The notes under the pieces are model-generated. The model had not been told where the DNA came from. It made no database searches and saw only the letters and a list, made by a program, of their open reading frames with translations. The translations under genes were made by a program, and so were the position numbers. Of a DNA stretch of 64,000 nt, positions 47,564 through 56,924 are shown in pieces. Source of the DNA: Methanobacteriota archaeon (GTDB lineage Archaea > JAADCQ01 > Methanopyri > Methanopyrales > Methanopyraceae); contig JAMOPO010000015.1 in assembly GCA_027064425.1 (NCBI GenBank), forward strand, positions 365,959 through 429,958, in the 5' to 3' direction. Numbering within the stretch: position 1 is the first letter of the stretch; each line of letters begins with the position of its first letter.

Positions 47564-49357
47564 TTGTCCGAGCACGACGAGGTCGAGGTGCTGGAGGTCC
47601 CGTGGGTCGAGAAGTACCGGCCCAAGAGGCTCGAGGACATCGTGGACCAGGAGCACGTGGTCAAGCGGCTCCAGGAGTACGTTAAGCGGGGCGACATGCC
47701 CAACCTGCTCTTCGCCGGACCGCCCGGCACGGGCAAGACCACGGCCGCGCTGTGCCTGGCCCGCGAGCTCTACGGGGAGCACTGGCGGGACAACTTCCTC
47801 GAGCTGAACGCGTCCGTGTCGCCGGACACACCGCTGCTCGTTCGCGCGGGCGATAGGGTGTTCTTCGCCACCTTCCGCGACCTGGACGAGGCGCTGATCA
47901 GCGTGGAGGGCGACGTCAAGGTTCGCGTCCGGGGCCTTCAGGTCCTCACGGTCGTCGACGGGTGCCGCATCACCTGGGCGCCGGTGAAGTACCTGATCCG
48001 ACACCGCGCCCCGGGTTACCTGCGCGTTCACCTGGAGTCGGGGCACGTGCTCGAGCTCACCGGCGATCACTCCGTCATGGTGCTCCGGGGCGACGGGCTC
48101 GAGGCCGTGCCGGCCTCCGCGCTGCGGGAGGGCGACGTGCTCCTGACCTTCCAGGCCCCGCTGGACCTGATGACGACCGAGCAGCTCGAGAACCTGGCCG
48201 GGATCGTCGGGGACATCGAGCTCAACTGGATGGCCCGGCTGTGCGGCGTGGAGGGCTTCGTCCGGGACGGCTCGTTCGAGGAGCCGGAGCTCCGGCGCGC
48301 GGTCCCGGCCGATCCGGTGCTCGAGCTGGCGCGCCAGGTGAGCCGGGACCTGGCGTGGGAGGTGGAGGCGCTCTCCGTGGACGGGCTGATCGACGCCGGC
48401 CTCGTGCTGGAGCTGCTCCCGGAGCGGCGGGACGTGAGCCCGGAGGCTCGACCGGCGTACGACCGGCTGCTGCGGCTGCTGACCTCGGACCTGCGCGGCC
48501 TCAGGATCCGGAAGATCGAGGTCGTGGAGCGCGAGGGGTACGTGTACGACGTCAGCGTGCCGGGGACGGAGATGTTCTTCGCGGGCGAGGTCCCGATCCT
48601 GCTGCACAACTCGGACGAGCGCGGCATCGACGTCATCCGCACCAAGGTCAAGAACTTCGCCCGGACGCGACCGATGGGCGGTGCGAAGTTCAAGATCATC
48701 TTCCTGGACGAGGCGGACAACCTCACGAGGGACTCGCAGCAGGCCCTGCGCCGGATCATGGAGATGTACTCGGACGCGTGCCGGTTCATCCTGGCGGCCA
48801 ACTACTCGTCCGCGATCATCGACCCGATCCAGAGCCGCTGCGTGGTCTTCAAGTTCACCAAGCTGCCGGAGGATGCGATCAAGGAGCGGCTGCGGGAGAT
48901 CGCGGAGAACGAGGGCGTGGAGGTCACGGACGAGGCCCTGGACGCGATCGTGTACGTGTCCGAGGGTGACATGCGCCGGGCCATCAACGTGCTGCAGGCC
49001 GCGGCCGCGCTGGGCGCGGAGGTTGATGAGGACACCGTGTACCAGATCGCGGCCACGGCCCGGCCCGAGGAGGTCCGGCAGATGATCCACTACGCCTGGA
49101 ACGGCGAGTTCGAGCGGGCCAGGGAGCTGCTGCACGAGCTCCTGTCGCGGTACGGGATGTCCGGCGAGGACGTGGTCCGACAGGTGCATCGCGAGGTGCT
49201 CGAGATGGATGAGATCCCGGACGAGGCGGTGCCAGAGCTGGTGGAGGCCGTGGGTGACTTCGAGTACCGGCTCGTGCGAGGCTCGGACGAGCGGATCCAG
49301 CTGGAGGCCCTCCTGGCCCGCATCCACGCGCTGGGTAGCAAGTACTCCGGCGGGTAG
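47564..49357 (+). CDS. rfcS: Replication factor C small subunit (intein-containing)
   Basis: WVEKYRP, GPPGTGKT, ELNA|intein|SDERG, DEAD, SRC. Confidence 0.96.
   Translation: MSEHDEVEVLEVPWVEKYRPKRLEDIVDQEHVVKRLQEYVKRGDMPNLLFAGPPGTGKTTAALCLARELYGEHWRDNFLELNASVSPDTPLLVRAGDRVFFATFRDLDEALISVEGDVKVRVRGLQVLTVVDGCRITWAPVKYLIRHRAPGYLRVHLESGHVLELTGDHSVMVLRGDGLEAVPASALREGDVLLTFQAPLDLMTTEQLENLAGIVGDIELNWMARLCGVEGFVRDGSFEEPELRRAVPADPVLELARQVSRDLAWEVEALSVDGLIDAGLVLELLPERRDVSPEARPAYDRLLRLLTSDLRGLRIRKIEVVEREGYVYDVSVPGTEMFFAGEVPILLHNSDERGIDVIRTKVKNFARTRPMGGAKFKIIFLDEADNLTRDSQQALRRIMEMYSDACRFILAANYSSAIIDPIQSRCVVFKFTKLPEDAIKERLREIAENEGVEVTDEALDAIVYVSEGDMRRAINVLQAAAALGAEVDEDTVYQIAATARPEEVRQMIHYAWNGEFERARELLHELLSRYGMSGEDVVRQVHREVLEMDEIPDEAVPELVEAVGDFEYRLVRGSDERIQLEALLARIHALGSKYSGG
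47813..48610 (+). mobile_element. Intein in RfcS (266 aa, no intact homing endonuclease)
   Basis: Block A SVSPDTP, block B LTGDHS, block F YVYDVSV, ends LLHN followed by Ser. Confidence 0.93.
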
Positions 49358-49362
49358 CCGCC

Positions 49363-50943
49363 TTGGTGCCATGGGTCGAGAAGTACCGGCCCAAGCGCCT
49401 CAAGGAGCTGGCGAACCAGGAGGAGGCGAAGAAGGAGCTGGTCGCGTGGGCCAACCAGTGGGCGCGCGGTGAGCCTCCCGAGCCCCGCGCCGTCCTCCTC
49501 CACGGTCCTCCAGGCACGGGCAAGACCAGCGCGGCCTACGCCCTCGCGAACGAGTTCGGCTGGGACGTGGTCGAGCTGAACGCCTCTGACAAGCGCACCC
49601 GGGATGTCATCGAGAAGGTCGTGGGCGGCGCCTCCGCCGGCCGCTCCCTCGCCCGACTGATCCAGCGGGCCGGCGGCCGCCACGAGCGGGTGGAAGGGTC
49701 GGATCGGGTCCTAGTTCTCGTGGACGAGGTCGACGGCATCGACCCGCGCGAGGACCGGGGTGGCGTGACCGCGCTGATCCGGGCCGTGAAGCGCGCGCAG
49801 AATCCGCTCGTGCTGGTCGCCAACGACCCGTGGAGCCTGCCCAAGTCGCTGCGCGACGAGGTCCGGATGATCGAGTTCCGGCAGCTGCGGAAGCGGGACA
49901 TCGTGAACGTCCTCCGCCGGATCTGCGAGTCGGAGGGCGTCGAGTACGACGAGCGCGCCCTCGAGATGATCGCCCAGCGGGCCCGGGGCGACCTCCGCGC
50001 GGCCATCAACGACCTCGAGGCGATCGCCCGGTCCACCGGTCGGGTCACGGTCGACGACGTCCAGGACCTCGGCTGGCGGGACAAGGAGATCACGATCTTC
50101 GAGGCGCTCGGCCAGATCTTCAACAAGTCGCCCCGGGAGGCGCGCCGGGCCCTCTGGAACCTGGACGAGGACCCGGAGGATGTTATCCTCTGGATCGCGC
50201 AGAACGTGCCCCGGGCCTACGACGACCCGAGGGAGATCGAGCAGGCGTACGACTATCTCTCGAAGGCCGACATCTTCTCGACCCGAGCGATCGAGACGGG
50301 CAACTGGCGGTTCAAGTACGTGTACGCGACCGACCTAATGACGTCTGGCGTGGCCGGTGCCAGGCGCGGGAAGCCGCCGGGGTTCGTGCGGTTCCAGCCG
50401 CCCCGAATCCTGCGCAGGTTGAGCGCGACGAAGAAGGAGCGGGAGATCCTCAACTCCATCGCCGAGAAGATCGCGGAGCGGATGCACGTGTCAACCCGGG
50501 TGGCGAAGAACGACATCATCCCGGTCCTGCAGGTCGCCTTCCGTAAGTTCGTGGAGGAGGAGTCGGAGCGTGGCCTGGAGATCCTGAGCGGGATCGCCGG
50601 GTACCTGCAGCTGACGAAGCGAGAGATCTCATACCTGTGTGAGGATCCGCGGGTGGCGCAGCGGATCTACAACCGGTCGCTGCAGGTGAGGAAGAAGCTG
50701 AAGGAGGCGCAGCGTGAGGAGCTGAAGGAGCGGGTAGCGGCGATGATGGAAGAGGCCGAGGAAGCCCTGGCCGAAGGGGCGGAGGAGACCGCCGAGACGC
50801 CCGCTGTTGAGGAAGCTGAGGAGGAAACCGCCGAAGAGGAGGCTGCTGAGGAGGAAGAGGAAGAAGAGGAGGAAGCCGCCGAGGAGGAAGAAAAGAAGAA
50901 GGAGAAGCGGGAGGAGCAAAAGACGCTGGACGCGTTCTTCTGA
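49363..50943 (+). CDS. rfcL: Replication factor C large subunit
   Basis: WVEKYRP, GPPGTGKT, ELNASD, DEVD; acidic tail with PIP box QKTLDAFF. Confidence 0.95.
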   Translation: MVPWVEKYRPKRLKELANQEEAKKELVAWANQWARGEPPEPRAVLLHGPPGTGKTSAAYALANEFGWDVVELNASDKRTRDVIEKVVGGASAGRSLARLIQRAGGRHERVEGSDRVLVLVDEVDGIDPREDRGGVTALIRAVKRAQNPLVLVANDPWSLPKSLRDEVRMIEFRQLRKRDIVNVLRRICESEGVEYDERALEMIAQRARGDLRAAINDLEAIARSTGRVTVDDVQDLGWRDKEITIFEALGQIFNKSPREARRALWNLDEDPEDVILWIAQNVPRAYDDPREIEQAYDYLSKADIFSTRAIETGNWRFKYVYATDLMTSGVAGARRGKPPGFVRFQPPRILRRLSATKKEREILNSIAEKIAERMHVSTRVAKNDIIPVLQVAFRKFVEEESERGLEILSGIAGYLQLTKREISYLCEDPRVAQRIYNRSLQVRKKLKEAQREELKERVAAMMEEAEEALAEGAEETAETPAVEEAEEETAEEEAAEEEEEEEEEAAEEEEKKKEKREEQKTLDAFF

Positions 50944-50946
50944 GGC

Positions 50947-51282
50947 TTACCCGAACAGGGCTCCGAGGCCGGCCGCTGCCTCCTCCTCGGCCTCCTCCTC
51001 TTCTTCCTCCTCCTCCTCTTCTTCCTCTTCCTCCTCAGCAGCCTCCTCCTCAGTCTCCTCCTCTTCCTCCTCAGCGCCGGCACCGGCGGCCGGTGCTGCG
51101 GCCGGCACGGCGGCCTCCTCGATGGCCTCGTCGATGTCGACTTCCTCTAGCGCGGCGACCGTGGCCTTCAGCCGGGCCTCGTCCACTTCGACGCCGGCGG
51201 CCTCCAGGACCTTCCGCAGGTTCTCCTCGTTGATCTCTTGACCGGCGGCGTGCAGTAGCAGGCACGCGTAGATGTACTCCAA
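50947..51282 (-). CDS. rpl12: Ribosomal stalk protein P1/L12
   Basis: [10 protein letters not shown], acidic tail, GLGALFG; TTG start. Confidence 0.95.
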   Translation of the reverse strand: MEYIYACLLLHAAGQEINEENLRKVLEAAGVEVDEARLKATVAALEEVDIDEAIEEAAVPAAAPAAGAGAEEEEEETEEEAAEEEEEEEEEEEEEEEAEEEAAAGLGALFG

Positions 51283-51359
51283 ACCGAGCACCCCCTCTCC
51301 GAGGACTTTCGCCCCTCGGCGCCCGTAGAGTTCCAAAAAGGTTTACGGGAGGGGACACC

Positions 51360-52460
51360 GTGTCCGGGAACCCGTTTCGGAAGATGCCAGAGGTGCCGGA
51401 TCCGGAGGAGCTCATCGACACCGCGTTCCGGAGGGCAGAGCGAGCGGCCGAGGGAACGCGCAAGTCGTTCCGGGGCACGAGGACTCCGCCGGAGGTGAGG
51501 GCCCGGTCCATCGAGATCGCCCGGGTCAACACCGCCTCTCAGCTGATTCAGGATCGACTCTGGGAGATCGTCCGAAAGACGCCGAACCTGGACAAGATCC
51601 ACCCGTTCTACCGGGAGCTGGCGGACGCTATCGCGGGCGTGGACAAGCTCAAGCAGAGCCTCGCCGACGTGCACACGGTGGCCAAGCTGGCCCGGCTGAT
51701 CCGGGAAGAGTACATCCGGAAGCTCAAGCAGACGGACGACCCGGGCGAGGCCGCGGAGCTGCGCCGGCAGGCGTACGGACGGCTGGCCTCGGCGGTGCGT
51801 CGTAAGGCGGGCGACGCGCTGAGGTTCCTCCGGCAGGTGCAGCCGAAGCTCGTGGACCTGCCCTCCATCGACCCGGAGATGTTCACGGTAACGTTCGCCG
51901 GGCACCCCAACGTGGGCAAGACCACGCTGATGACGGCACTCACCGGCTCGGAGCCGGAGATCGCGCCCTACCCGTTCACGACGAAGGGGATTCAGGTGGG
52001 CTACATGGAGGACCCGTACCCGGTGCAGATTCTGGACACGCCGGGCCTGCTGGACCGGCCGGACGAGGAGCGGAACCCGATCGAGCGCCAGGCGATCGTG
52101 GCGCTGAAGCACGCCACCGACGCCGTCTTTTTCCTCCTGGATCCGACGGGGACGTGCGGGTTCGACGTCGAGGAGCAGCTGGACCTGCTGCGCCGGGTGC
52201 GGGAGGAGTTCGACGTTCCCTTCCACGTGGTCCTCACGAAGGCGGACATGGAGGACCTGTGGGAGCGGCCCGAGGAGCTCGATGAGGTGCTGGAGGAGGA
52301 CGACAAGGTGTTCGAGGTCTCGGCGAAGGACGGTCGGGGGCTCGACAAGTTAAAACGGAGGCTCAACGAGCTGGCCCGGGGGTACTACGGTGAGCGCGAT
52401 CGAAAGGATGTTGGAGGAGGCGGTGAGGACTGGAGCGAAGAGCGCCGAGGAGGGGATTAA
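51360..52460 (+). CDS. NOG1 family GTPase
   Basis: HPFY, GHPNVGKT, YPFTT, DTPGLLDR. Confidence 0.92.
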   Translation: MSGNPFRKMPEVPDPEELIDTAFRRAERAAEGTRKSFRGTRTPPEVRARSIEIARVNTASQLIQDRLWEIVRKTPNLDKIHPFYRELADAIAGVDKLKQSLADVHTVAKLARLIREEYIRKLKQTDDPGEAAELRRQAYGRLASAVRRKAGDALRFLRQVQPKLVDLPSIDPEMFTVTFAGHPNVGKTTLMTALTGSEPEIAPYPFTTKGIQVGYMEDPYPVQILDTPGLLDRPDEERNPIERQAIVALKHATDAVFFLLDPTGTCGFDVEEQLDLLRRVREEFDVPFHVVLTKADMEDLWERPEELDEVLEEDDKVFEVSAKDGRGLDKLKRRLNELARGYYGERDRKDVGGGGEDWSEERRGGD

Positions 52461-52905
52461 GCTCGCGAGCGAGCTGTTCGAGGAGGTCCTGCGAGAGGGC
52501 CTTAGGACGCTGTCGGAGGCGGCCAGGTCGGAGGACCTGCAGGGTCTGGTGGAGGACGCTACCGGCCAGCTCGTCCGGACGCTGCGCTGGGCGAGCACCC
52601 CGGCCGTGGACGTGTATGAGAGGTCGGGCGAGTTCGTGATCGTGGTGGAGGTGCCCGGTGCCAAGCCGGACGACGTGAGCGTGCGCGCCGGGGAGGACTA
52701 CGTGGAGGTCCGGGCCAAGCTGCCCCGGATGCGCGAGGGCAGGCCCAGGTACCGGGAGCGCGTGACGGGCGAGGTCACCCGGCGGATCGACCTGGACGCG
52801 AAGATCGACCCGAAGGGTGTCAAGGCGGAGTGCGGCGACGGCCTGCTGGTGATACGAGCCCCCAAGGTTGAGGAGGCGGAGGTGAAGGTGAGGCCGGCCG
52901 AGTGA
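52390..52905 (+). CDS. Small heat-shock protein Hsp20
   Basis: PAVDVYE, VEVPG, DGLLVIRAPK. Confidence 0.88.
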   Translation: MSAIERMLEEAVRTGAKSAEEGIKLASELFEEVLREGLRTLSEAARSEDLQGLVEDATGQLVRTLRWASTPAVDVYERSGEFVIVVEVPGAKPDDVSVRAGEDYVEVRAKLPRMREGRPRYRERVTGEVTRRIDLDAKIDPKGVKAECGDGLLVIRAPKVEEAEVKVRPAE

Positions 52906-52972
52906 CGGCTCGGTCCCGGGTTCAGTCGTCACCCGGCACGCCGTCAGCCGTTCCGGACCCTCGTCATCGCCG
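52906..52972 (-). ncRNA. Box C/D sRNA (tRNA T-arm guide)
   Basis: ATGACGA-guide-CTGA...GTGACGA-CTGAACCCGGGA-CCGA, with CGGC/GCCG stem. Confidence 0.8.
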
Positions 52973-52984
52973 GAGGTATCGCCC

Positions 52985-54037
52985 ATGATCGAGATCGACG
53001 GGTCCTACGGGGAGGGAGGCGGACAGATCCTCCGCACCGCCGTCGGGATGGCGGCCCTCACGGGGAAGCCGGTGAGGATCTTCAACATCCGCGCCAACCG
53101 GCCCAACCCGGGCATGTCCCATCAGCACTACCATGCGGTTAAAGCTGTGGCGGAGATGTGCGACGCCGAGTGCGAGGGGCTGGAGGTGGGATCCACCGAG
53201 CTGGTGTTCAGGCCCGGCAGGGTGCGAGGAGGCGAGTACGAGATCGATATCGGAACGGCGGGCAGCGTGACCCTGCTCCTGCAGGCCGTCAAGCTCGCCG
53301 CCCTCGCCGCCGACTCCACCGTCGAGGTCGAGGTTCGGGGCGGCACGGACGTCAAGTGGTCGCCACCAGTGGACTACGAGATCCACGTGCACGCGCACTA
53401 CCTCAAGCGGATCGGATGCGAGTACGAGCTCGAGGTAGAGCGGCGCGGGCACTACCCGCGCGGTGGGGGCATCGTTCGGGCCCGGATCGAGCCGGTCGAC
53501 AGGCTCAAGCCCCTCAACGCCGTCGAGTTCGGAGAGCTCGAGGAGGTCCGGGGCATCTCCCACTGCGTCCGACTGCCGCCCCACGTTGCCGAGCGTCAGG
53601 CTAGGGCGGCGGCGGAGGTGATCGAGAGGGAGCTCGGCGTCGAACCGGACATCGAGGTGGAGACGTACCCCAAGCACCGGGACCCGCACAAGGGACCGGG
53701 CAGCGGGATCGTGCTCTGGGCCGAAGACGATCAGGGCAACCGGATCGGCGCCGACGCGCTCGGCGAGAAGGGCAAGCCGGCCGAGCAGGTGGGCCGGGAG
53801 GCCGCCGAGGAGCTGGTCGAGCGCGTGAAGACGGGCATGGCGCTGGACGAGAACATGGGTGATCAGATCCTACCCTTCCTGGCCCTCGCGGACGGCGAGT
53901 CGGAGTACGGAGTGACGAGGGTCGACCCGCACCTGACCACGAACGCCTGGGTGGTTCAGAAGTTCCTGGACGTCGACATCGAAGTGGACGGGGAGGAGGG
54001 TGAGCCCGCGGTGGTCAGGGTCCGGCCTGGGAGTTGA
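52985..54037 (+). CDS. rtcA: RNA 3'-terminal phosphate cyclase
   Basis: DGSYGEGGGQILR, GGTDV, YPRGGG, HLTTN. Confidence 0.95.
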   Translation: MIEIDGSYGEGGGQILRTAVGMAALTGKPVRIFNIRANRPNPGMSHQHYHAVKAVAEMCDAECEGLEVGSTELVFRPGRVRGGEYEIDIGTAGSVTLLLQAVKLAALAADSTVEVEVRGGTDVKWSPPVDYEIHVHAHYLKRIGCEYELEVERRGHYPRGGGIVRARIEPVDRLKPLNAVEFGELEEVRGISHCVRLPPHVAERQARAAAEVIERELGVEPDIEVETYPKHRDPHKGPGSGIVLWAEDDQGNRIGADALGEKGKPAEQVGREAAEELVERVKTGMALDENMGDQILPFLALADGESEYGVTRVDPHLTTNAWVVQKFLDVDIEVDGEEGEPAVVRVRPGS

Positions 54038-54707
54038 GCGCCCGCTCCGCCTCCCGCACGTCGCCCGGCTCGTTAACGTTCAGTAGCTCGCCCTTGTCCC
54101 TGGGCGGCACGACCCTGAACTCCAGCCCGGACTCCCGGAGCACCGGGTTCAGGTTCATCGAGTTGGAACCGCGCTCGGGCGCCAGTCGCTCGACGGTCTC
54201 CAGGAACCGCTCGACCGCGTCCCGGTCCAGCGCCAGCGGCGGCCCGTGCCCCTCCAGCTCGTCCCCACTGATCACGTCGTCCGGGGCGCCCCGATCCAGG
54301 ATCGCGGCCCCGTACTCTCTCGCCGCCCGGACGAGCTCTTCCATCGTCTCCGCGGTCACGGTCGGCTGGTCGCCCGCGAGCACCAGCGAGACGTCCGCTC
54401 GGGAGCGCCGGAGGAGGTTGGCCGCCGTCCGGGCCATGGGCACGTCCGCCGGGTCGTTGAGCACCGGCTTGACCGGGGCCCTCGCGTGCTCGGTCACCGC
54501 CTCCCACACGAGGCCCGCGTCGTAGCCCAGCCCCACCAGGATCACGTCCGCAACCCGTGAGGCGCGCTTGACCACCCAGCCGACCATCGGCTTGCCCGCG
54601 ACCGGGTAGATCAGCTTGTTGACGGGCTCCTCGCCGCGCTCCCGCAGCCCCTCCCGGAATCGGCTGGCCCGGCCGGCCGCCAGCACGCACGCCGCGACCC
54701 GCACCAT
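54015..54707 (-). CDS. MobA/MocA-like nucleotidyltransferase
   Basis: LAAGRASRF, NKL, GDQP, NVN. Confidence 0.82.
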   Translation of the reverse strand: MVRVAACVLAAGRASRFREGLRERGEEPVNKLIYPVAGKPMVGWVVKRASRVADVILVGLGYDAGLVWEAVTEHARAPVKPVLNDPADVPMARTAANLLRRSRADVSLVLAGDQPTVTAETMEELVRAAREYGAAILDRGAPDDVISGDELEGHGPPLALDRDAVERFLETVERLAPERGSNSMNLNPVLRESGLEFRVVPPRDKGELLNVNEPGDVREAERALNSQAGP

Positions 54708-54719
54708 GGGCCTCGCACC

Positions 54720-55892
54720 CTAGCCCGCGTGCAGCTCGACGACGTCCCCGTCCTCCAGGACGTGATCGCGGCCCACCATCATTCCGTCCTTCTTCACGGA
54801 CTTACCCCAGACCCGCGCGTACTTCAGGTTCTTAGCTAGCTCCGAGTGGATCTCCTTGGCCAGATCCTCCACCGTCGCACCCCGCGGCAGGACGACCGGC
54901 GGCTTCTGCGGCTTCCCGCCCGGCTTCTTCGTGTACACCCGGATGATGTTCAGCGTATCGTACAGCCGCTCCTTGAACTCGTCCAGATTCGCCCCCTTCT
55001 TCGCCGAGATCGGTACGACCGGCAGCTCGAACTCCAGCTCCTCCTCGATCCACTCGCGCAGCTCCTCGTAGGACTCCCGCGTCCCGGGCTCGTCACCCTT
55101 GTTCGCCACCACCATCCCACGCTTGTACTCGAGCCTCCGGTCCAGCGCCTCCGCCACGTCCTCCAACGTCACCCCCTCCTCCTCGATCACCACGACCGCG
55201 CTGTGGATGCCCGACTCGCGCAGGAACTCCTTCACGTCCTCCGGGTCACACTCCAGCCGCTCCTCGCCTCGGATCTCGATCCCACCGGACGCTCGCTCCT
55301 CGATGCTGACGCCGGGCGGGGACTGATTCAGCTTGATCGCCGCCGAGTCCAGCTCGCCGAGCACCGTCTTCAGCTGGTCCACGGGATCCTCGGACAGGTC
55401 CACCATGATGCAGACCGCGTCCGCGCTCCGGATCACGCCCACGAACCGGCTGCCCTCCCCGTGCACGAACCCCTCGTGTACCGGCGGAACCTCCACCAGC
55501 TGGATCTGCACGTCCTTGTACTCCATCATCCCGGGGACCGGCTTCCGCGTCGAGTACGGGTACGGTGCCACCTCCGGCTCCGCGTTCGTCAGCTTCCGCA
55601 GCAGCGTCGACTTGCCCACGTTCGGCGGCCCCACCAGCGCGACCTGGGCGGCCCCCTCCTTCTTCACGTGGTAGTCCGGCCCGCCGCCCGACTTCTGCTT
55701 CCGCCGCTTTTCCACCTCCTCCCGCAGCTTCGCCAGCCGACGCTTGAGCAGCGCCCGCAGGTTCTCCGTGCCCTTGTGCTTCGGGACGACCGAGAGCATT
55801 TCCTCCGTGATCTTCAGCTTCTCCTCCGGCGAGCGGGCCTGGCGGTACTTCTCCTCCAGCTTGTGGTACTCCGGCGGCAGGTTCGCCGGCAC
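54720..55892 (-). CDS. DRG/OBG family GTPase with TGS domain
   Basis: MPANLP, HKGTE, GPPNVGKS, NKGD, ARVWG. Confidence 0.92.
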   Translation of the reverse strand: MPANLPPEYHKLEEKYRQARSPEEKLKITEEMLSVVPKHKGTENLRALLKRRLAKLREEVEKRRKQKSGGGPDYHVKKEGAAQVALVGPPNVGKSTLLRKLTNAEPEVAPYPYSTRKPVPGMMEYKDVQIQLVEVPPVHEGFVHGEGSRFVGVIRSADAVCIMVDLSEDPVDQLKTVLGELDSAAIKLNQSPPGVSIEERASGGIEIRGEERLECDPEDVKEFLRESGIHSAVVVIEEEGVTLEDVAEALDRRLEYKRGMVVANKGDEPGTRESYEELREWIEEELEFELPVVPISAKKGANLDEFKERLYDTLNIIRVYTKKPGGKPQKPPVVLPRGATVEDLAKEIHSELAKNLKYARVWGKSVKKDGMMVGRDHVLEDGDVVELHAG

Positions 55893-55898
55893 GCGAAC

Positions 55899-56510
55899 TC
55901 ACCCCCGGACCACCCTCATCACGCCGTCCAAAACCATCTGCACCCCGATCCCCGCCAGCACGACCCCCATCACCCGCGTCAGCACGCGGATGCCGGACCT
56001 CCCCAGCATCCGAGCCAGCGGCTCCGCCGCCAGGAACGTCCCCAGCGTGGCGAGCATCACGAGCACGCAGGCCAGGATCGTCTCCAACCGCCCGTACCGA
56101 TGGAGCATGACTATGACCGTGACGATGGCGCCCGGCCCCGCCAACAGCGGCGTTCCCAGCGGCACGTACGCCACGTCCAGCCGCGACTCCGGCTCGATCC
56201 GGAACCCAGTCGGATCCCCCTCCACCATCCCCAGAGCCGCCCGGAGCAGCAGGATCCCGCCCGCGATCATCAGCGCCTCGACCGAGACCCCCAGGTAATC
56301 CAGCACGAGCTTGCCCGAGATCGCGAACCCCAGGATCAGCACGCCCGCGAAGCCCACCGCCCGGTACACGACCCGCACCCGCTCCCCGGGCCTCAGGTCG
56401 GAGGTTAAGGACAGGAGGACCGGCACGTTCCCCACCGGGTCCACCACCACGAACAGCTCGATGAACCCCTTCAACACGCCGTAGAGGTCCAACGCCCGCG
56501 CCCCCAGCAC
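55899..56510 (-). CDS. MarC family membrane protein
   Basis: VDPVGNVP, AGGILL, PLGTPLLAGPG. Confidence 0.9.
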   Translation of the reverse strand: MLGARALDLYGVLKGFIELFVVVDPVGNVPVLLSLTSDLRPGERVRVVYRAVGFAGVLILGFAISGKLVLDYLGVSVEALMIAGGILLLRAALGMVEGDPTGFRIEPESRLDVAYVPLGTPLLAGPGAIVTVIVMLHRYGRLETILACVLVMLATLGTFLAAEPLARMLGRSGIRVLTRVMGVVLAGIGVQMVLDGVMRVVRG

Positions 56511-56548
56511 TTAAGGCCGACCGGTGCGCCGTCCACCCGGGGAACCGC

Positions 56549-56773
56549 ATGGCCTGGCGCGTGTACAAGAAGAAGGTGATCGTGCACCACTACCACCACC
56601 CGGCGCACGGCCACCACGTCGTCGTGCACAAGAAGTCCGGCCTGCTCGGAGGACTCCTGAAGCTCGGACTGGTCGCCGCCGTCCTGGTCCTGCTGGTGAT
56701 CGCCGTGGCGGTGATCGTCGGGCTGTACCTGCTGTACCGGTTCCTCGGCCGGCGACGCCACCGGACTCACTGA
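56549..56773 (+). CDS. Small His-rich single-pass membrane protein
   Basis: HHYHHPAHGHH...H followed by one TM helix and a basic tail; native codon usage. Confidence 0.65.
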   Translation: MAWRVYKKKVIVHHYHHPAHGHHVVVHKKSGLLGGLLKLGLVAAVLVLLVIAVAVIVGLYLLYRFLGRRRHRTH

Positions 56774-56787
56774 GCCCCCCTCAGCCG

Positions 56788-56811
56788 ATCGTTACGAGCG
56801 TCATAACGATT
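56788..56811. repeat. Intergenic palindrome, copy 4
   Basis: ATCGTTACGA-GCG-TCATAACGATT. Confidence 0.75.
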
Positions 56812-56924
56812 CGGGTCGGGAGATCGGGCGCCGAGGCCGCGCCTCAGGGTCGCAACGTTCTGTGGAACAAAGTATTTCGCCACGCGAGCGCACCACGGGG
56901 GGAGCCCCGGGCGGGGGTCGCTGG

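Noticed and set aside
47516-49372. Long antisense ORFs (618 aa here, and similar elsewhere)
   Set aside because: Shadow frames expected from high GC3 opposite well-supported genes
50750-51075. GAG/CTC repeat and apparent inverted repeat
   Set aside because: Explained by the Glu-rich tails of the convergent rfcL and rpl12
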